Source: a virus
DNA: 64,000 nucleotides
Strand: one strand, 5' to 3'
IMG/VR virus record: IMGVR_UViG_3300034121_001409
Span: 1 to 64,000 of that record
Under the pieces are notes generated by a model that saw only the letters and a program-made list of their open reading frames with translations, ran no database searches and was not told the DNA's origin. A program made the position numbers and the translations under genes. Position 1 is the stretch's first letter, and the number at the start of each line of letters is the position of its first letter. Positions 44,615-54,583 of the stretch are shown here, piece by piece.

Positions 44615-45637
44615 TTAACGATAAAAAGATAAATTTTCCTTCTTTTGTTCTCCTTCATCGTTTCCTTTTAGTTTCCCATCACCTTCTATTTCTTCAATTT
44701 CGCCTTTTAATGCTTTGGATTTTACATCAACCACAATCGAAGAAATAATATTGTCAAAATTTCTTGTTATGTAGTCATTTTTCAACAAATCTACAATCTT
44801 GTCAATATTTTCCTTACTTGAAGTTATTCTGTTTTGTACAGCGTAAGCCTCAGCATTTTCTATCATTGATTTGATTTCCTGTTCCGGTACAGGATGCACA
44901 TAAGTATATTTAAAGTCTTTTTGCTCTGCCTTGATTTCAATTGTTTTCAGCTTATCTACAGTCATTGAAAGCTCTCTGTTTCCAACCCAATTCTTTTGTA
45001 GTTCTTGGATTTGTGCCTGAGCTTTTTCCTGCTTAGATTCGTTGGTTTCAACTCCATCAAAAATACCCTTCTTTTTTTCTGCCAAAAACTCTCTCGATTT
45101 TTTAGCTTCTTTCTCGATTTTTATTTCAAGAAGTGCGTATTCTCTTTTTGCTTTATTAAGCTCATCAGTGTCAGATAAATCGTAACCTTTCTGTTCGGCA
45201 AAAAATTCCATACTTGGAAAATCATTGTCAACTAAAAGTTGTGCTTTAGATAATGGTAACCCATCCTCTATAGCAACTCTTTTTACGATTGCCTCCCTGT
45301 CTGAAACCTCATCAACATTTGTCATAGATAAATCAACAAATAACTTTATGGTATCTTGCGATGCTCCATTGGCTACAAGCTGATTCATTTCTTTAGTGAA
45401 TGAATTAGCATACGCTTTGTCGGGTGCAATAAAACCTTCATATTCCTTTAGCTTGTCTGCCGGAACATAACGTTCATCGAAATTTGCAAAGAACTCTGTT
45501 GTTTCCTCAGCCGTCTTGAATCTTCCACCTGTCGTGCTTTCAATTAACTGAGGTATATCTAATGGCGGTTTTGGTTCCTCTGAGCCTCCACCACTTCCTG
45601 TTTCATCATTATAATGAATACCTAAATTTCGTTTCAT
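44615..45637 (-). CDS. Capsid scaffolding protein (probable)
   Basis: Acidic helical protein between portal and capsid genes. Confidence 0.6.
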   Translation of the reverse strand: MKRNLGIHYNDETGSGGGSEEPKPPLDIPQLIESTTGGRFKTAEETTEFFANFDERYVPADKLKEYEGFIAPDKAYANSFTKEMNQLVANGASQDTIKLFVDLSMTNVDEVSDREAIVKRVAIEDGLPLSKAQLLVDNDFPSMEFFAEQKGYDLSDTDELNKAKREYALLEIKIEKEAKKSREFLAEKKKGIFDGVETNESKQEKAQAQIQELQKNWVGNRELSMTVDKLKTIEIKAEQKDFKYTYVHPVPEQEIKSMIENAEAYAVQNRITSSKENIDKIVDLLKNDYITRNFDNIISSIVVDVKSKALKGEIEEIEGDGKLKGNDEGEQKKENLSFYR

Positions 45638-45724
45638 TGTCTTAAATTTTTATCTTAAAAAATACTATGGTGCAAAATAAGTTCGTTTTTTTATATAAAA
45701 CAATAGGGTCAGTATTTTTTTTTA

Positions 45725-48127
45725 CTAAGCCTGTTGTTGCGGTTGCTCCATAGCTGTGTTTAAATATTTCATCAACTCATCCATACTCGGTTTTATACCT
45801 TGAGATATAAGTCCTACCTGCTGACGGAGTGCTTCGTTTTCTAATACTCCATCTTCTAAATCTGCCTCTATAGCCTTAAGGTTTGCATCGTATACGAATT
45901 GATTGTGAGCCAAACTCATATCCATAGCAGCCTTTGTAACAATAGTTTTTCGTGCCTCTTCCTGTGCAAGTTGAGCAGACATTCTTTGTTGCTCACCGTT
46001 AGCCTGTATATCTTGCTGTTTTCTCTCTTGGTCTTTTACTTCCTGCTCTTTAACAGATTTTCCCAACATCAATTGAGCCAATGGAATATTACCTGCCATG
46101 ATAACTCTATATAGTCCTATGTAAACATCTTCAGTAATTCCACCATAACCAAACTTAGCTCTTTGTTGAGTCAGACCAATTAACTGCTGTAATAAGAATT
46201 GTTTTTCTTGGTAATTAGAAGAAAGGGTAACCTTCAGGTTGAACTTTATACCTGCAATATCTTCTGTGAGTTTTATTATCTCGATATCGTCTTCATGCAG
46301 TGGGTGGTATTCAATATCAATCTCACCATCCTTGCATATTTGTTGCCATCTCAACATAGATGAAGTATAAGCAGCCTCTGATAACTCTCGCATTGCAGCG
46401 TATTCCGGCTGTATTGAATTGTTTGCTGCTTCTAATTTCGCCTCCCCTTGAACCTTTAGCATTCTTTCTGAATCTGTACTACCATTGGCAACATCATTCA
46501 TTCCGGTATTGATACTTATATTATTTCTATGTTCATTTATTCCGTCAGAAAATATTTTAAACTGCTCAAATGCATTTGATTGTATAGGGGCAACAAGGGA
46601 GTGTATGTTTGCTATTGGGTTACCATGAGAATCGACAGTATCCAAACTCATGATACCTTTCTCTAATAGCATATTCATTAAATCTGTAGGAGTTTTTATC
46701 TCTCCATCAAGTTCTGTGTTTTCAAGTGCTGATTTATTAAATATCATAGCAGGTGGAGCCGGTATAGCGGCTATAGCATTTCTTCTTTTGTAGGTCAAAA
46801 TATTTATCATATCAATATCCGGAACCATTCTTTCTACCTTAGATGTAACTCCTGTTGTTGCTACATGATAAGATAATATTCCTTTTTTATATCCGGTCTT
46901 GCCTTGTCTTGGTGTGTTGTCATTTTTATCACAACCAAAAGCAAAATCAGTTCCTATAATCCATTTGCACTCATACTGATACTGCACTCTTTTTTCTATC
47001 AACTTAGCACCTCTTGCTTCTTCGCTTTTATCAAGTTTGTAGTCGTATGGTTTTTCGCTGAAATCAAGAGTTCCGTATTTCTCAATATTTTTTTCTCTGA
47101 ATTTTCTAACGTCTGAGCTTAACCAACATCCATCCAACACCCAAACTTTTATATGGTCATAAGGATAATACCCATTCTCATTATAACATTGTGTGTGCTG
47201 AACACTTGCGAATGCATTATTGAATCCGTATTCCTTAGCAATCATCATTAAGTGCTTCTCCTGTAGTTTACTTTCATTTCTTATTTCCGCTATAGTCATC
47301 TGTCTGATTTCTGCCGCCATTGTTATATCTCTGAAATCAAGATATTTTGAACATGGCAGAAGCAGCATATCAGGGTCTACATACCTCAATATCGGAGTGT
47401 TTATAGAATGGTCAATATAATCCTTTACAGCAACTATACCGATATCAAAAAGGTCTGCAAATAACATATACTTTAACATCCTCCATTTGGATTCAGTATT
47501 GGTTACATTTAATGCTTTCTGAAGTTTAATTTCTTCTTGGAGTTTTAAGCCTCCTGTCTTCACAAACAAATCAACATCCTGCTCAGATTCAAATTGTTGC
47601 TCCGGTTGTTTAAAATCAACACCTAATGAGCCGATGAAATTTTTAAATGTTTGATTCTGCCATATTTTTAACGCAGCTATTTCTTTTTTTCTTTTATATT
47701 GCGATGCAGGGTCTACAGCTCTTACTGCAACATCATAATCCATCTTGTCGTATATTCCCAATATTTGGTCTCTTAGGTTAACATGACCTCTGTCTTGTTC
47801 CCAAGATATATTCATGTACGATTTTTTTCTTTGGTTACCCTTGCTGTCTTTTCCAAGTAACTGCTCTTTATATTTATCGGTGTTGGTTTGTCCTTTTGCA
47901 TAAGAGCGCAAAGTTGAATACTTTGAGTTACCTCCGTTTATAATTCCATTGAGTAATCCTCCGGTGTGAAGCATACCGTTTGCTCCTAAAGTAAAAAGGT
48001 GCTTCATTACTGAAACATAGTACGACATCTCTTCCTTTTTCTTAGGGTCGATGTCGTGGTGCGGCATACGGTTGGATATTATATTATCCTGACCTTTATG
48101 TGTTTCGACTAATTTATTTAGATTCAT
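45725..48127 (-). CDS. Portal protein
   Basis: LRSYAKG.....KYK, MNISW, V.AVDP.S, LRYVDP and TGMND..NG motifs; directly after the terminase. Confidence 0.85.
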   Translation of the reverse strand: MNLNKLVETHKGQDNIISNRMPHHDIDPKKKEEMSYYVSVMKHLFTLGANGMLHTGGLLNGIINGGNSKYSTLRSYAKGQTNTDKYKEQLLGKDSKGNQRKKSYMNISWEQDRGHVNLRDQILGIYDKMDYDVAVRAVDPASQYKRKKEIAALKIWQNQTFKNFIGSLGVDFKQPEQQFESEQDVDLFVKTGGLKLQEEIKLQKALNVTNTESKWRMLKYMLFADLFDIGIVAVKDYIDHSINTPILRYVDPDMLLLPCSKYLDFRDITMAAEIRQMTIAEIRNESKLQEKHLMMIAKEYGFNNAFASVQHTQCYNENGYYPYDHIKVWVLDGCWLSSDVRKFREKNIEKYGTLDFSEKPYDYKLDKSEEARGAKLIEKRVQYQYECKWIIGTDFAFGCDKNDNTPRQGKTGYKKGILSYHVATTGVTSKVERMVPDIDMINILTYKRRNAIAAIPAPPAMIFNKSALENTELDGEIKTPTDLMNMLLEKGIMSLDTVDSHGNPIANIHSLVAPIQSNAFEQFKIFSDGINEHRNNISINTGMNDVANGSTDSERMLKVQGEAKLEAANNSIQPEYAAMRELSEAAYTSSMLRWQQICKDGEIDIEYHPLHEDDIEIIKLTEDIAGIKFNLKVTLSSNYQEKQFLLQQLIGLTQQRAKFGYGGITEDVYIGLYRVIMAGNIPLAQLMLGKSVKEQEVKDQERKQQDIQANGEQQRMSAQLAQEEARKTIVTKAAMDMSLAHNQFVYDANLKAIEADLEDGVLENEALRQQVGLISQGIKPSMDELMKYLNTAMEQPQQQA

Positions 48128-48131
48128 GTAG

Positions 48132-48139
48132 CAAAATTA
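48132..48139 (-). promoter_or_regulatory. -7 promoter box TAATTTTG, 4 nt before the portal ATG
   Basis: Consensus match in a 29-nt intergenic gap. Confidence 0.55.
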
Positions 48140-48156
48140 CACTTCCTTTTCTTTAA

Positions 48157-50316
48157 TTACAATATAGTATTCTCTTCAAAATACTGCCTGTTTCTATCCT
48201 TCCTCAATTCATCTCTCTTCTTGTTGCGCTGCTTTTCAGCTTCAACCAAATGCATACTTAATGAATTTCCGTATAATGCATAAGCACAGGCTGAGAACAA
48301 GTCATAGTCAGTCATCTTATCATAAGTAACAGAAAGGCATTCATCAAGAAACTCATTATGAAACTCGTAATCACACGATGAGAGTATATGCTCCTGCACA
48401 ACCATAAACAATGCATCCTTTGTTAAATCATTCGTTACATCACCTGAGTTATCTTTTAACTTCTGCTTCTTTTCGTCATACTTATGCATTAAGTATCCAA
48501 CATATTTTCTCTTCTTAAATCCATCCTGTATGTGTGGATGGTTCATCTCAGGAAACATTTGACATCCGTAAAAAACACACATCTTTATCATGTCATCAAT
48601 GTACTCCTCTTTTGAAGGTGGTCTAAAATTATAGGTGCAAACAAATCTTTTTGTTTTATACCTAAACCACATATCATTCTTCTGCTTATCTGTCAACCCT
48701 TCAGGCATATCTGAAAGCGGAGACTCCATTACCGGATTGAATCTCATAAACACTGCTCCACCACCATTAGAACCCTCTCCTTCGGTAACATCAAAATTAA
48801 ATGTGTCACCTCCTGCCACAAACAGATGACCGTTTGCAGGAACCTTAATACCACCTCTTATGGTACTCTTGTTTCTTAAACTTTCGCTTGGTAAATATGA
48901 AACCCTGAATCTTCCTTTTGGGTTGTCAATAAATTCAACCTCTGTATTTTTTTCTCCGTTTTTCCATACAAAATCTCCAACCCTGATATAATCATTTCCA
49001 TTAAAGAAAAACATTGACCTCTTGTAAAGTTTGTCTTTATCGAATGGACACTTGGCTGCATTGATAGTAAAACACTCTCTTGTTGTGTATGGAAATTTTC
49101 TTATGTTCTCGTAATAAGAGCCGGAGCCTTCTTTAAGTGAGCTTCTTTCAATATCTAATTTCTCTTTTGATTCTCTGAGTTTACTCATTCCAAAATCATC
49201 AATCATCTCTCCGTCATACGCAGGGAAAAATATTCTCCATAATCCGGTTTCTGTTCTATTTAATGCATTTCTTTTATGGTAATCTGAACCATCCCATATT
49301 GCCTTAAATGGCTTGAATCCTTCTCTTCCAACTTCCTCAACCGTTGTGGTGTGATGAGAGAATCCTGTCTTCTGACCAAACGGATTAAACATGGCAGGTT
49401 TTACAACATCCCATCTCTGCATAGCATTTACAGTTTCAAGTTTACCTTCCTCATCTGATATATAATATCCGAGATATGTTGAGTCATATGCAGAAGCCTT
49501 AGCTGACCTGAAATCACAGAAGCTACCTAAATCAATCTGTTCAATTTGCTCACCTTCTCCGGTTGTAAATTTTAACTCAGAAGCCGGAGCTGATAATAAA
49601 TGGCTATGTATTGGTTGAAAAAAGAACGGCATACCTTTCCAACCAAGAACAACCTTATCGAAAAGGTCACTCGCATCTTTATCATTTTTTGATTGTATTC
49701 CGCAATGCCTGTTTATCATTCTCGTCATTTCTTCATACAAGCTCATTGCTGCTCTTACGGATTTACCTGTCTTACGTCTCGTCATTTCAACGATTCCTAT
49801 GCAATCCTTATCATTAACTGCTTCTGTAAGAAAATGGAAAAAACGCCTGTCTCTGTCCATATACACAATCTCAGATTCTGTAACTGACCAATAGTTCATC
49901 CAATAGTACATCTTTCCGGTGATGTATGTACGAACACCATTATTGAAGAACCAAACACCATATAACCTTCTTCTCCACTCCTCAAGTATAAACCTCCAAA
50001 TATCATCGTACTTGTCTTTGCTTTTACGAAGCTCCTTGTGCATCTCATCAGCAAATATCTTCCGGTCTGCTTTCATTCTTGTTCGACCATTATGCTCATC
50101 TACTTCCTTGCTTATTCTTTTCATTAAAGCAGTAAGACGTTCAGGGTATTTTACACGATAAAATTTCTGTAAATGCTGTGGCATTCCATAATTTAAAATA
50201 TCCCTGTCATTAGGGATATCAGGGCATGGAAACACAATTTCTTTTAAGTCATCGTCTAAATCATTGACTATAACAACCTGTTCCTGCGGCTTATATTTGT
50301 GGTCAAGAATTATCAA
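48157..50316 (-). CDS. terL: Terminase large subunit
   Basis: G.WF.NNG..TYITG, Walker A RRKTGKS, Walker B YYISDEEG, coupling TTT, RuvC-like GGD...E.N...D.F. Confidence 0.92.
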   Translation of the reverse strand: MIILDHKYKPQEQVVIVNDLDDDLKEIVFPCPDIPNDRDILNYGMPQHLQKFYRVKYPERLTALMKRISKEVDEHNGRTRMKADRKIFADEMHKELRKSKDKYDDIWRFILEEWRRRLYGVWFFNNGVRTYITGKMYYWMNYWSVTESEIVYMDRDRRFFHFLTEAVNDKDCIGIVEMTRRKTGKSVRAAMSLYEEMTRMINRHCGIQSKNDKDASDLFDKVVLGWKGMPFFFQPIHSHLLSAPASELKFTTGEGEQIEQIDLGSFCDFRSAKASAYDSTYLGYYISDEEGKLETVNAMQRWDVVKPAMFNPFGQKTGFSHHTTTVEEVGREGFKPFKAIWDGSDYHKRNALNRTETGLWRIFFPAYDGEMIDDFGMSKLRESKEKLDIERSSLKEGSGSYYENIRKFPYTTRECFTINAAKCPFDKDKLYKRSMFFFNGNDYIRVGDFVWKNGEKNTEVEFIDNPKGRFRVSYLPSESLRNKSTIRGGIKVPANGHLFVAGGDTFNFDVTEGEGSNGGGAVFMRFNPVMESPLSDMPEGLTDKQKNDMWFRYKTKRFVCTYNFRPPSKEEYIDDMIKMCVFYGCQMFPEMNHPHIQDGFKKRKYVGYLMHKYDEKKQKLKDNSGDVTNDLTKDALFMVVQEHILSSCDYEFHNEFLDECLSVTYDKMTDYDLFSACAYALYGNSLSMHLVEAEKQRNKKRDELRKDRNRQYFEENTIL

Positions 50317-50939
50317 GGCTTAGGTATTTTTATTTTCTTACGGACAACAAGCTCTGTGAAGCCTTCAACCCTTGCATGAGAAAGGAAATCATCATCCGCT
50401 TCCGATTCTAAGTTTTTATCTGACATAAATATCTGACGCTTCATCTCAGATATCCTCTTCAACATATCATGTAATTGCTTCTGTGTTTTTTCGGTTACAG
50501 CAACAGCTTCAACAACATCCTCATTTTCTGAGTCCTGCTGCATCTTAAACAACATCCTGTCATAAGATATTGATGAAACCATAAGAAGCGAATACTCCTG
50601 ACTTTGCTGAAGTGTGCAAAATCTTATAGCCATCCTGTTGGCAGAAGAATTTTTACCGTCAATTATACTAATAACATCATCGTTAAAATCCTTGCTATTT
50701 TTAGACAGCAGTATCTCCATCGCTTTAACCTTTCTGTCTTTTATGTTCTCGAAATCTTTCACCATAACAGATTGCTTATGGTAAACCATCTCCATGTAAT
50801 TAAAGAATAAATCTTCATTCACCGGAAGAGGCTCTTGGAACTCTTTGTACAGGTTTAATGTATTCCAAAGTTTTCGAACACCTTTAGGGTTCCCATGTGG
50901 GTTCCAAAATAAATTTTCAAAATCTTCTTTGTTGTACAT
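50313..50939 (-). CDS. Hypothetical protein, possible terminase small subunit
   Basis: Helical 208-aa ORF overlapping the terL start. Confidence 0.5.
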   Translation of the reverse strand: MYNKEDFENLFWNPHGNPKGVRKLWNTLNLYKEFQEPLPVNEDLFFNYMEMVYHKQSVMVKDFENIKDRKVKAMEILLSKNSKDFNDDVISIIDGKNSSANRMAIRFCTLQQSQEYSLLMVSSISYDRMLFKMQQDSENEDVVEAVAVTEKTQKQLHDMLKRISEMKRQIFMSDKNLESEADDDFLSHARVEGFTELVVRKKIKIPKP

Positions 50940-50940
50940 C

Positions 50941-51198
50941 TTACTCTACTAAATAAACATCAGATTGACGAAGAACTTTATGCACCTCGCCTTTATATTT
51001 AAAATCAAAACCTACAGAGCTTTGGTAATATACGATATCACCTTCCTTAAGCTCCATAGGTTCATTTGGTTTACCTTTCCCTGTTGACACAACAGTTCCC
51101 CTGCTTGGCTTTTCTTTCGCAGATTCAGGCAATATAAGCCCTGTATTGTTTTCTTCCGGTATTGGAAGAACAAGTACCTTATCAAATAGTAATGTCAT
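50941..51198 (-). CDS. groS: Co-chaperonin GroES (Cpn10)
   Basis: L.DKVLV, mobile loop TGLILPESAKEKP, GTVVSTGKG, LKEGDIV and LRQSDV motifs. Confidence 0.93.
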   Translation of the reverse strand: MTLLFDKVLVLPIPEENNTGLILPESAKEKPSRGTVVSTGKGKPNEPMELKEGDIVYYQSSVGFDFKYKGEVHKVLRQSDVYLVE

Positions 51199-51202
51199 TG
51201 TA

Positions 51203-52804
51203 TTAGTTTATTGATTCTAAATCTTCAGAAATAACGCACTCAGTAGTCAGGTATAAACATCCAACAGAAGCTGCATTCTCCAATGCAACCCTGATAACTT
51301 TTATTGGGTCTATAATACCAACCTTCAACAAGTCGGAGTATTTCTTGTTTTTAATATCGTATCCTTCTCCCTCTAACAACATAGACACATCGTGCTTTGA
51401 TGGGTCTACGCCTCCATTTTTTAAAATCTGATTATACGGTTCATTTATTGAATCCAATACAACATTGTATCCCAATGAAAAACCAAAAGAAAGGTGTTCG
51501 AATTTCTTACTTCTTAATTTTGCAGAAATCTTCGTAAGCGTAGCTCCACCTCCGGCAACAAAACCTTCATCAATAGCAGAACGAACTGCACATAAGGCAT
51601 CGTCAACCCTGTCTCTTTTTTCTACAACTTCTGTTTCTGTAAATCCACCGATTTTAATAACAGCTATTCCATTTTTAATTTTCGCCAATCTTCTCTTTGC
51701 AAAATCTCTTTCGAAGTCTGTTATACCATCAGAGGATATCATATCCTTTAATTCTGATATTCGAAGATTGATTGCTTCGAAATCACCACCACCTTTAGCT
51801 ATAATTGTTCTGTGTTTATCCACTGTGATTTTTTCTGCTTTACCAAAATGAACAAGGGATGCATCCTTCAGTAAGATACCTGCATCATCACTGATTATTG
51901 TTGCCCCTGTCACAGTTGCAATATCATCCAAAAACAAATTTCTTTCTTCTCCAAAAGAAGGAGCCTTTATTACACAAACACCTTTTGGTATACCGCCTTG
52001 TTTTAGGTTCATTAAAAGAAACGACATCGCCTCTCCTATAACATCTTCTGCTATAATTAAAAGCGGCTTGTTTACCTTGACGGCATCCTGCACTAACTTC
52101 AGGATATCCTGAGTATAAACTATAGTTTTATTTACAATAACAACCACCGGATTATCCATCTCTGCACTCATCTTGCTTTTATTGGTTACAAAACCAACAT
52201 TAATATAACCCCTGTCTATAAGCAATCCGTCTACCGTCAGTAAACTGTTCTCATTACTATTGCTGTTCTCAGCAGTAACTATTCCATCTATACCAACTTT
52301 TTCATAGGCATCATAAATAAGGCTTCCAATAACAGAATCATTGTTTGCAGATATCGCTGCAATATCATTTATTACCGAGAAGTTTTCGTCTGTAATATTC
52401 ACAGACCTTGATTTAAGTTCACCTACCACATCTCTTACAGCAGTTTCAATTCCATCTTTTATTTCTAATGGAGCATCTTCTGCTTCTAATGCTTCGTCAA
52501 TTTTACCAACTATGGATTGAAATAAAACTGTAGCTGTAGTGGTTCCATCTCCGGCTACCTCTACTGTTTTCTGAGCTACATCCTTAACCATGAGCGCACC
52601 CATGTTTTCAGCAGGGTCTTTAAGCATAATGCTTTTTACCACTGTTACGCCATCTTTTGTGTTGTGCGGTATGGCTCCATATTTTGTGATTGCTACATTT
52701 CTTCCTTTTGCACCAAGTGTTAACTTTACAGCATTTGCAATCTTGTCTATTCCGGCTCTTAATTGTTTTCGGGCTTCTGCACCGAATGTTAAATTCTTAA
52801 TCAT
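51203..52804 (-). CDS. groL: Chaperonin GroEL (Cpn60)
   Basis: AVKLTLGAKGRNV, TKDGVTV, AGDGTTTAT, DRGY, KAPSFG, DRVDDAL and GIIDP.KV.R.AL.NA.S motifs; no GGM tail. Confidence 0.97.
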   Translation of the reverse strand: MIKNLTFGAEARKQLRAGIDKIANAVKLTLGAKGRNVAITKYGAIPHNTKDGVTVVKSIMLKDPAENMGALMVKDVAQKTVEVAGDGTTTATVLFQSIVGKIDEALEAEDAPLEIKDGIETAVRDVVGELKSRSVNITDENFSVINDIAAISANNDSVIGSLIYDAYEKVGIDGIVTAENSNSNENSLLTVDGLLIDRGYINVGFVTNKSKMSAEMDNPVVVIVNKTIVYTQDILKLVQDAVKVNKPLLIIAEDVIGEAMSFLLMNLKQGGIPKGVCVIKAPSFGEERNLFLDDIATVTGATIISDDAGILLKDASLVHFGKAEKITVDKHRTIIAKGGGDFEAINLRISELKDMISSDGITDFERDFAKRRLAKIKNGIAVIKIGGFTETEVVEKRDRVDDALCAVRSAIDEGFVAGGGATLTKISAKLRSKKFEHLSFGFSLGYNVVLDSINEPYNQILKNGGVDPSKHDVSMLLEGEGYDIKNKKYSDLLKVGIIDPIKVIRVALENAASVGCLYLTTECVISEDLESIN

Positions 52805-52818
52805 TGTACTATTTTTAA

Positions 52819-53811
52819 TTAGATGATAAAATTAATGTCTTTTTTTTGAATTAAGTGTATATTTTTAAGTTTTTCGTTTTTTATTAGTATATCGTTCCCA
52901 ATCTTCATTCGCTTTGTGTGTTGAAAATTTACAACATCACCGACTTTAGCCTCAGCATTTTCCTCGTCAAAGTCATAGGTTATATACGACTTGTTTGGTG
53001 TTGATATAAAAACCAATGTTCCTAAACCCCATCTCTTGTCTCCCTTCTCATTAAGGTTAAAAATATTCACACTTGTCTCTGTCTCTACAGTTGTTGGTAT
53101 ATTTTCTATATCGACACCACAGTATCCGTTTATAAAAACAATATCCTCTCCTCTCTCAAAAGCGTAACATAAGTCATACCTGATTAGGTAATACTTTTTA
53201 GATGTGCTTTCGTCTTCAATTATTAAACCAAGAACTTCTGCATTCTCTATTGACAAATAATGGAAATGAACGATGTCATCTTTTTTAACAAGAACCCCAT
53301 CAGGATTATCCCACTTTATTGTCATGTTTGTCATCTTGGCTATAGTGCTATCTGCATACAACTCTCTCTGAGATATCTCTTTTCCAAAAAACATAAGATT
53401 GTCCGGTGCTGCAATCACCTTTCCATAGGTCGATGCAAACCTTTCCTTTTGAAATGATTTATCAATAATAAAATTCGTATTACTCTCTGCCGTTCCTTCC
53501 AACTTCTCAACCAAAACATAATTGTATGGAATCTTATATTCTCCATCAACTATCAAACAAACAACCTCTGATTGGTTTATCACTTCGTGTGTTGAATCAT
53601 TATACTCTATATCAATTCCTGAGTACCTGTCATAAACAACAACATCACCAACAGAGCAGCAGTCAAATTCACTTTTACTTTCTGACACAGCAACAACCAA
53701 ACCCCTGCTTGTTATTCTTTTAAAATAATGATGCATTTTTAAGGTTAACCTTTCTAATTCAGGGTCGTGCTTAAATGGCTTGATTATTATATTTCCTTTT
53801 GTTGGTTTCAT
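52819..53811 (-). CDS. Triple tandem GroES-like protein
   Basis: Three repeats of the Cpn10 pattern (aa ~1-88, ~91-220, ~223-330): P...(V/I)(L/I)(V/I), G.(V/L)(V/I), V/KxGD.V.(Y/F), (L/V)I...(D/E). Confidence 0.72.
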   Translation of the reverse strand: MKPTKGNIIIKPFKHDPELERLTLKMHHYFKRITSRGLVVAVSESKSEFDCCSVGDVVVYDRYSGIDIEYNDSTHEVINQSEVVCLIVDGEYKIPYNYVLVEKLEGTAESNTNFIIDKSFQKERFASTYGKVIAAPDNLMFFGKEISQRELYADSTIAKMTNMTIKWDNPDGVLVKKDDIVHFHYLSIENAEVLGLIIEDESTSKKYYLIRYDLCYAFERGEDIVFINGYCGVDIENIPTTVETETSVNIFNLNEKGDKRWGLGTLVFISTPNKSYITYDFDEENAEAKVGDVVNFQHTKRMKIGNDILIKNEKLKNIHLIQKKDINFII

Positions 53812-54446
53812 AATTCAGATTGGTTGAAAGTCGAGCCGGAGCTAAACTTTTCTTTTGTTGGTTTTTCTTTTGTAGAAGTCAACTTGTTATAAAAATGTTC
53901 CTTAAACTTATCATACGTAAGGTTTTTTGTTTTTAATGATGAATGATACTCTTTTACCTCTGATAATGATTTATCTATTTTGTATGATGAATACTGTAAT
54001 TTTAATCCATCCATTATCTCATCCCATTTTAACTGCAAAGAAAATTTTTCAATTTTTTCTTTATATTTATTATTAGATAAGTCTTTTATTAAATCAGTAT
54101 TTAATTGTGTGCGTTTTACCGTTGACGGTTTTACCGTTGACGGCTTTTCAGTAAACGGTGATTCGAAAAACGTATATTCATTCTCAGAAAACTTTCCGGA
54201 TTCCCCTCTCACTTTTGCTATAGAGCAATATCCTTTTTCAATCAATTCTTTTATTGTGTTTTTAACAGCATCTCTTCCTTCTGTGGTGATAGCCAATAAT
54301 CCATTTACAGATAATTGCCATCCAACAGGAAAGGATAATACTAATGTAAATAACCCTTTTGCTCTTAAAGATAAGTTTGGGTCTTTTAAATAAACATTCG
54401 AAACTACTGTGTAATTTGTTTCCCTTTTGACTCTTATTATTTCCAT
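53808..54446 (-). CDS. Phage replication initiator (N-terminal HTH) containing iterons
   Basis: NYTVVSN..LKD..LSLRAKGL..L.LS.P..W...EG..AV...IKEL...GY motif; internal 15-bp repeats; ends in NQSEL. Confidence 0.8.
   Translation of the reverse strand: MEIIRVKRETNYTVVSNVYLKDPNLSLRAKGLFTLVLSFPVGWQLSVNGLLAITTEGRDAVKNTIKELIEKGYCSIAKVRGESGKFSENEYTFFESPFTEKPSTVKPSTVKRTQLNTDLIKDLSNNKYKEKIEKFSLQLKWDEIMDGLKLQYSSYKIDKSLSEVKEYHSSLKTKNLTYDKFKEHFYNKLTSTKEKPTKEKFSSGSTFNQSEL
54114..54158. repeat. Three tandem 15-bp iteron-like repeats (probable origin)
   Basis: TTTTACCGTTGACGG twice exact, plus CTTTTCAGTAAACGG; AT-rich tract adjacent at ~54040-54105. Confidence 0.75.
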
Positions 54447-54558
54447 ATTTTATTTTAAAACAATACCGCCCAAGACTACTCGGATATTACAGGTATCCTC
54501 ATTGAAAAGGGCGATAGATTTTTTATATTTTTTAGTATCCTGTAAATACATAACTCTG

Positions 54559-54566
54559 CAAATATA
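54559..54566 (-). promoter_or_regulatory. -7 promoter box TATATTTG for the initiator gene
   Basis: Consensus match about 110 nt upstream of ATG 54446. Confidence 0.65.
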
Positions 54567-54583
54567 CACTTTATTTTCAAAAA

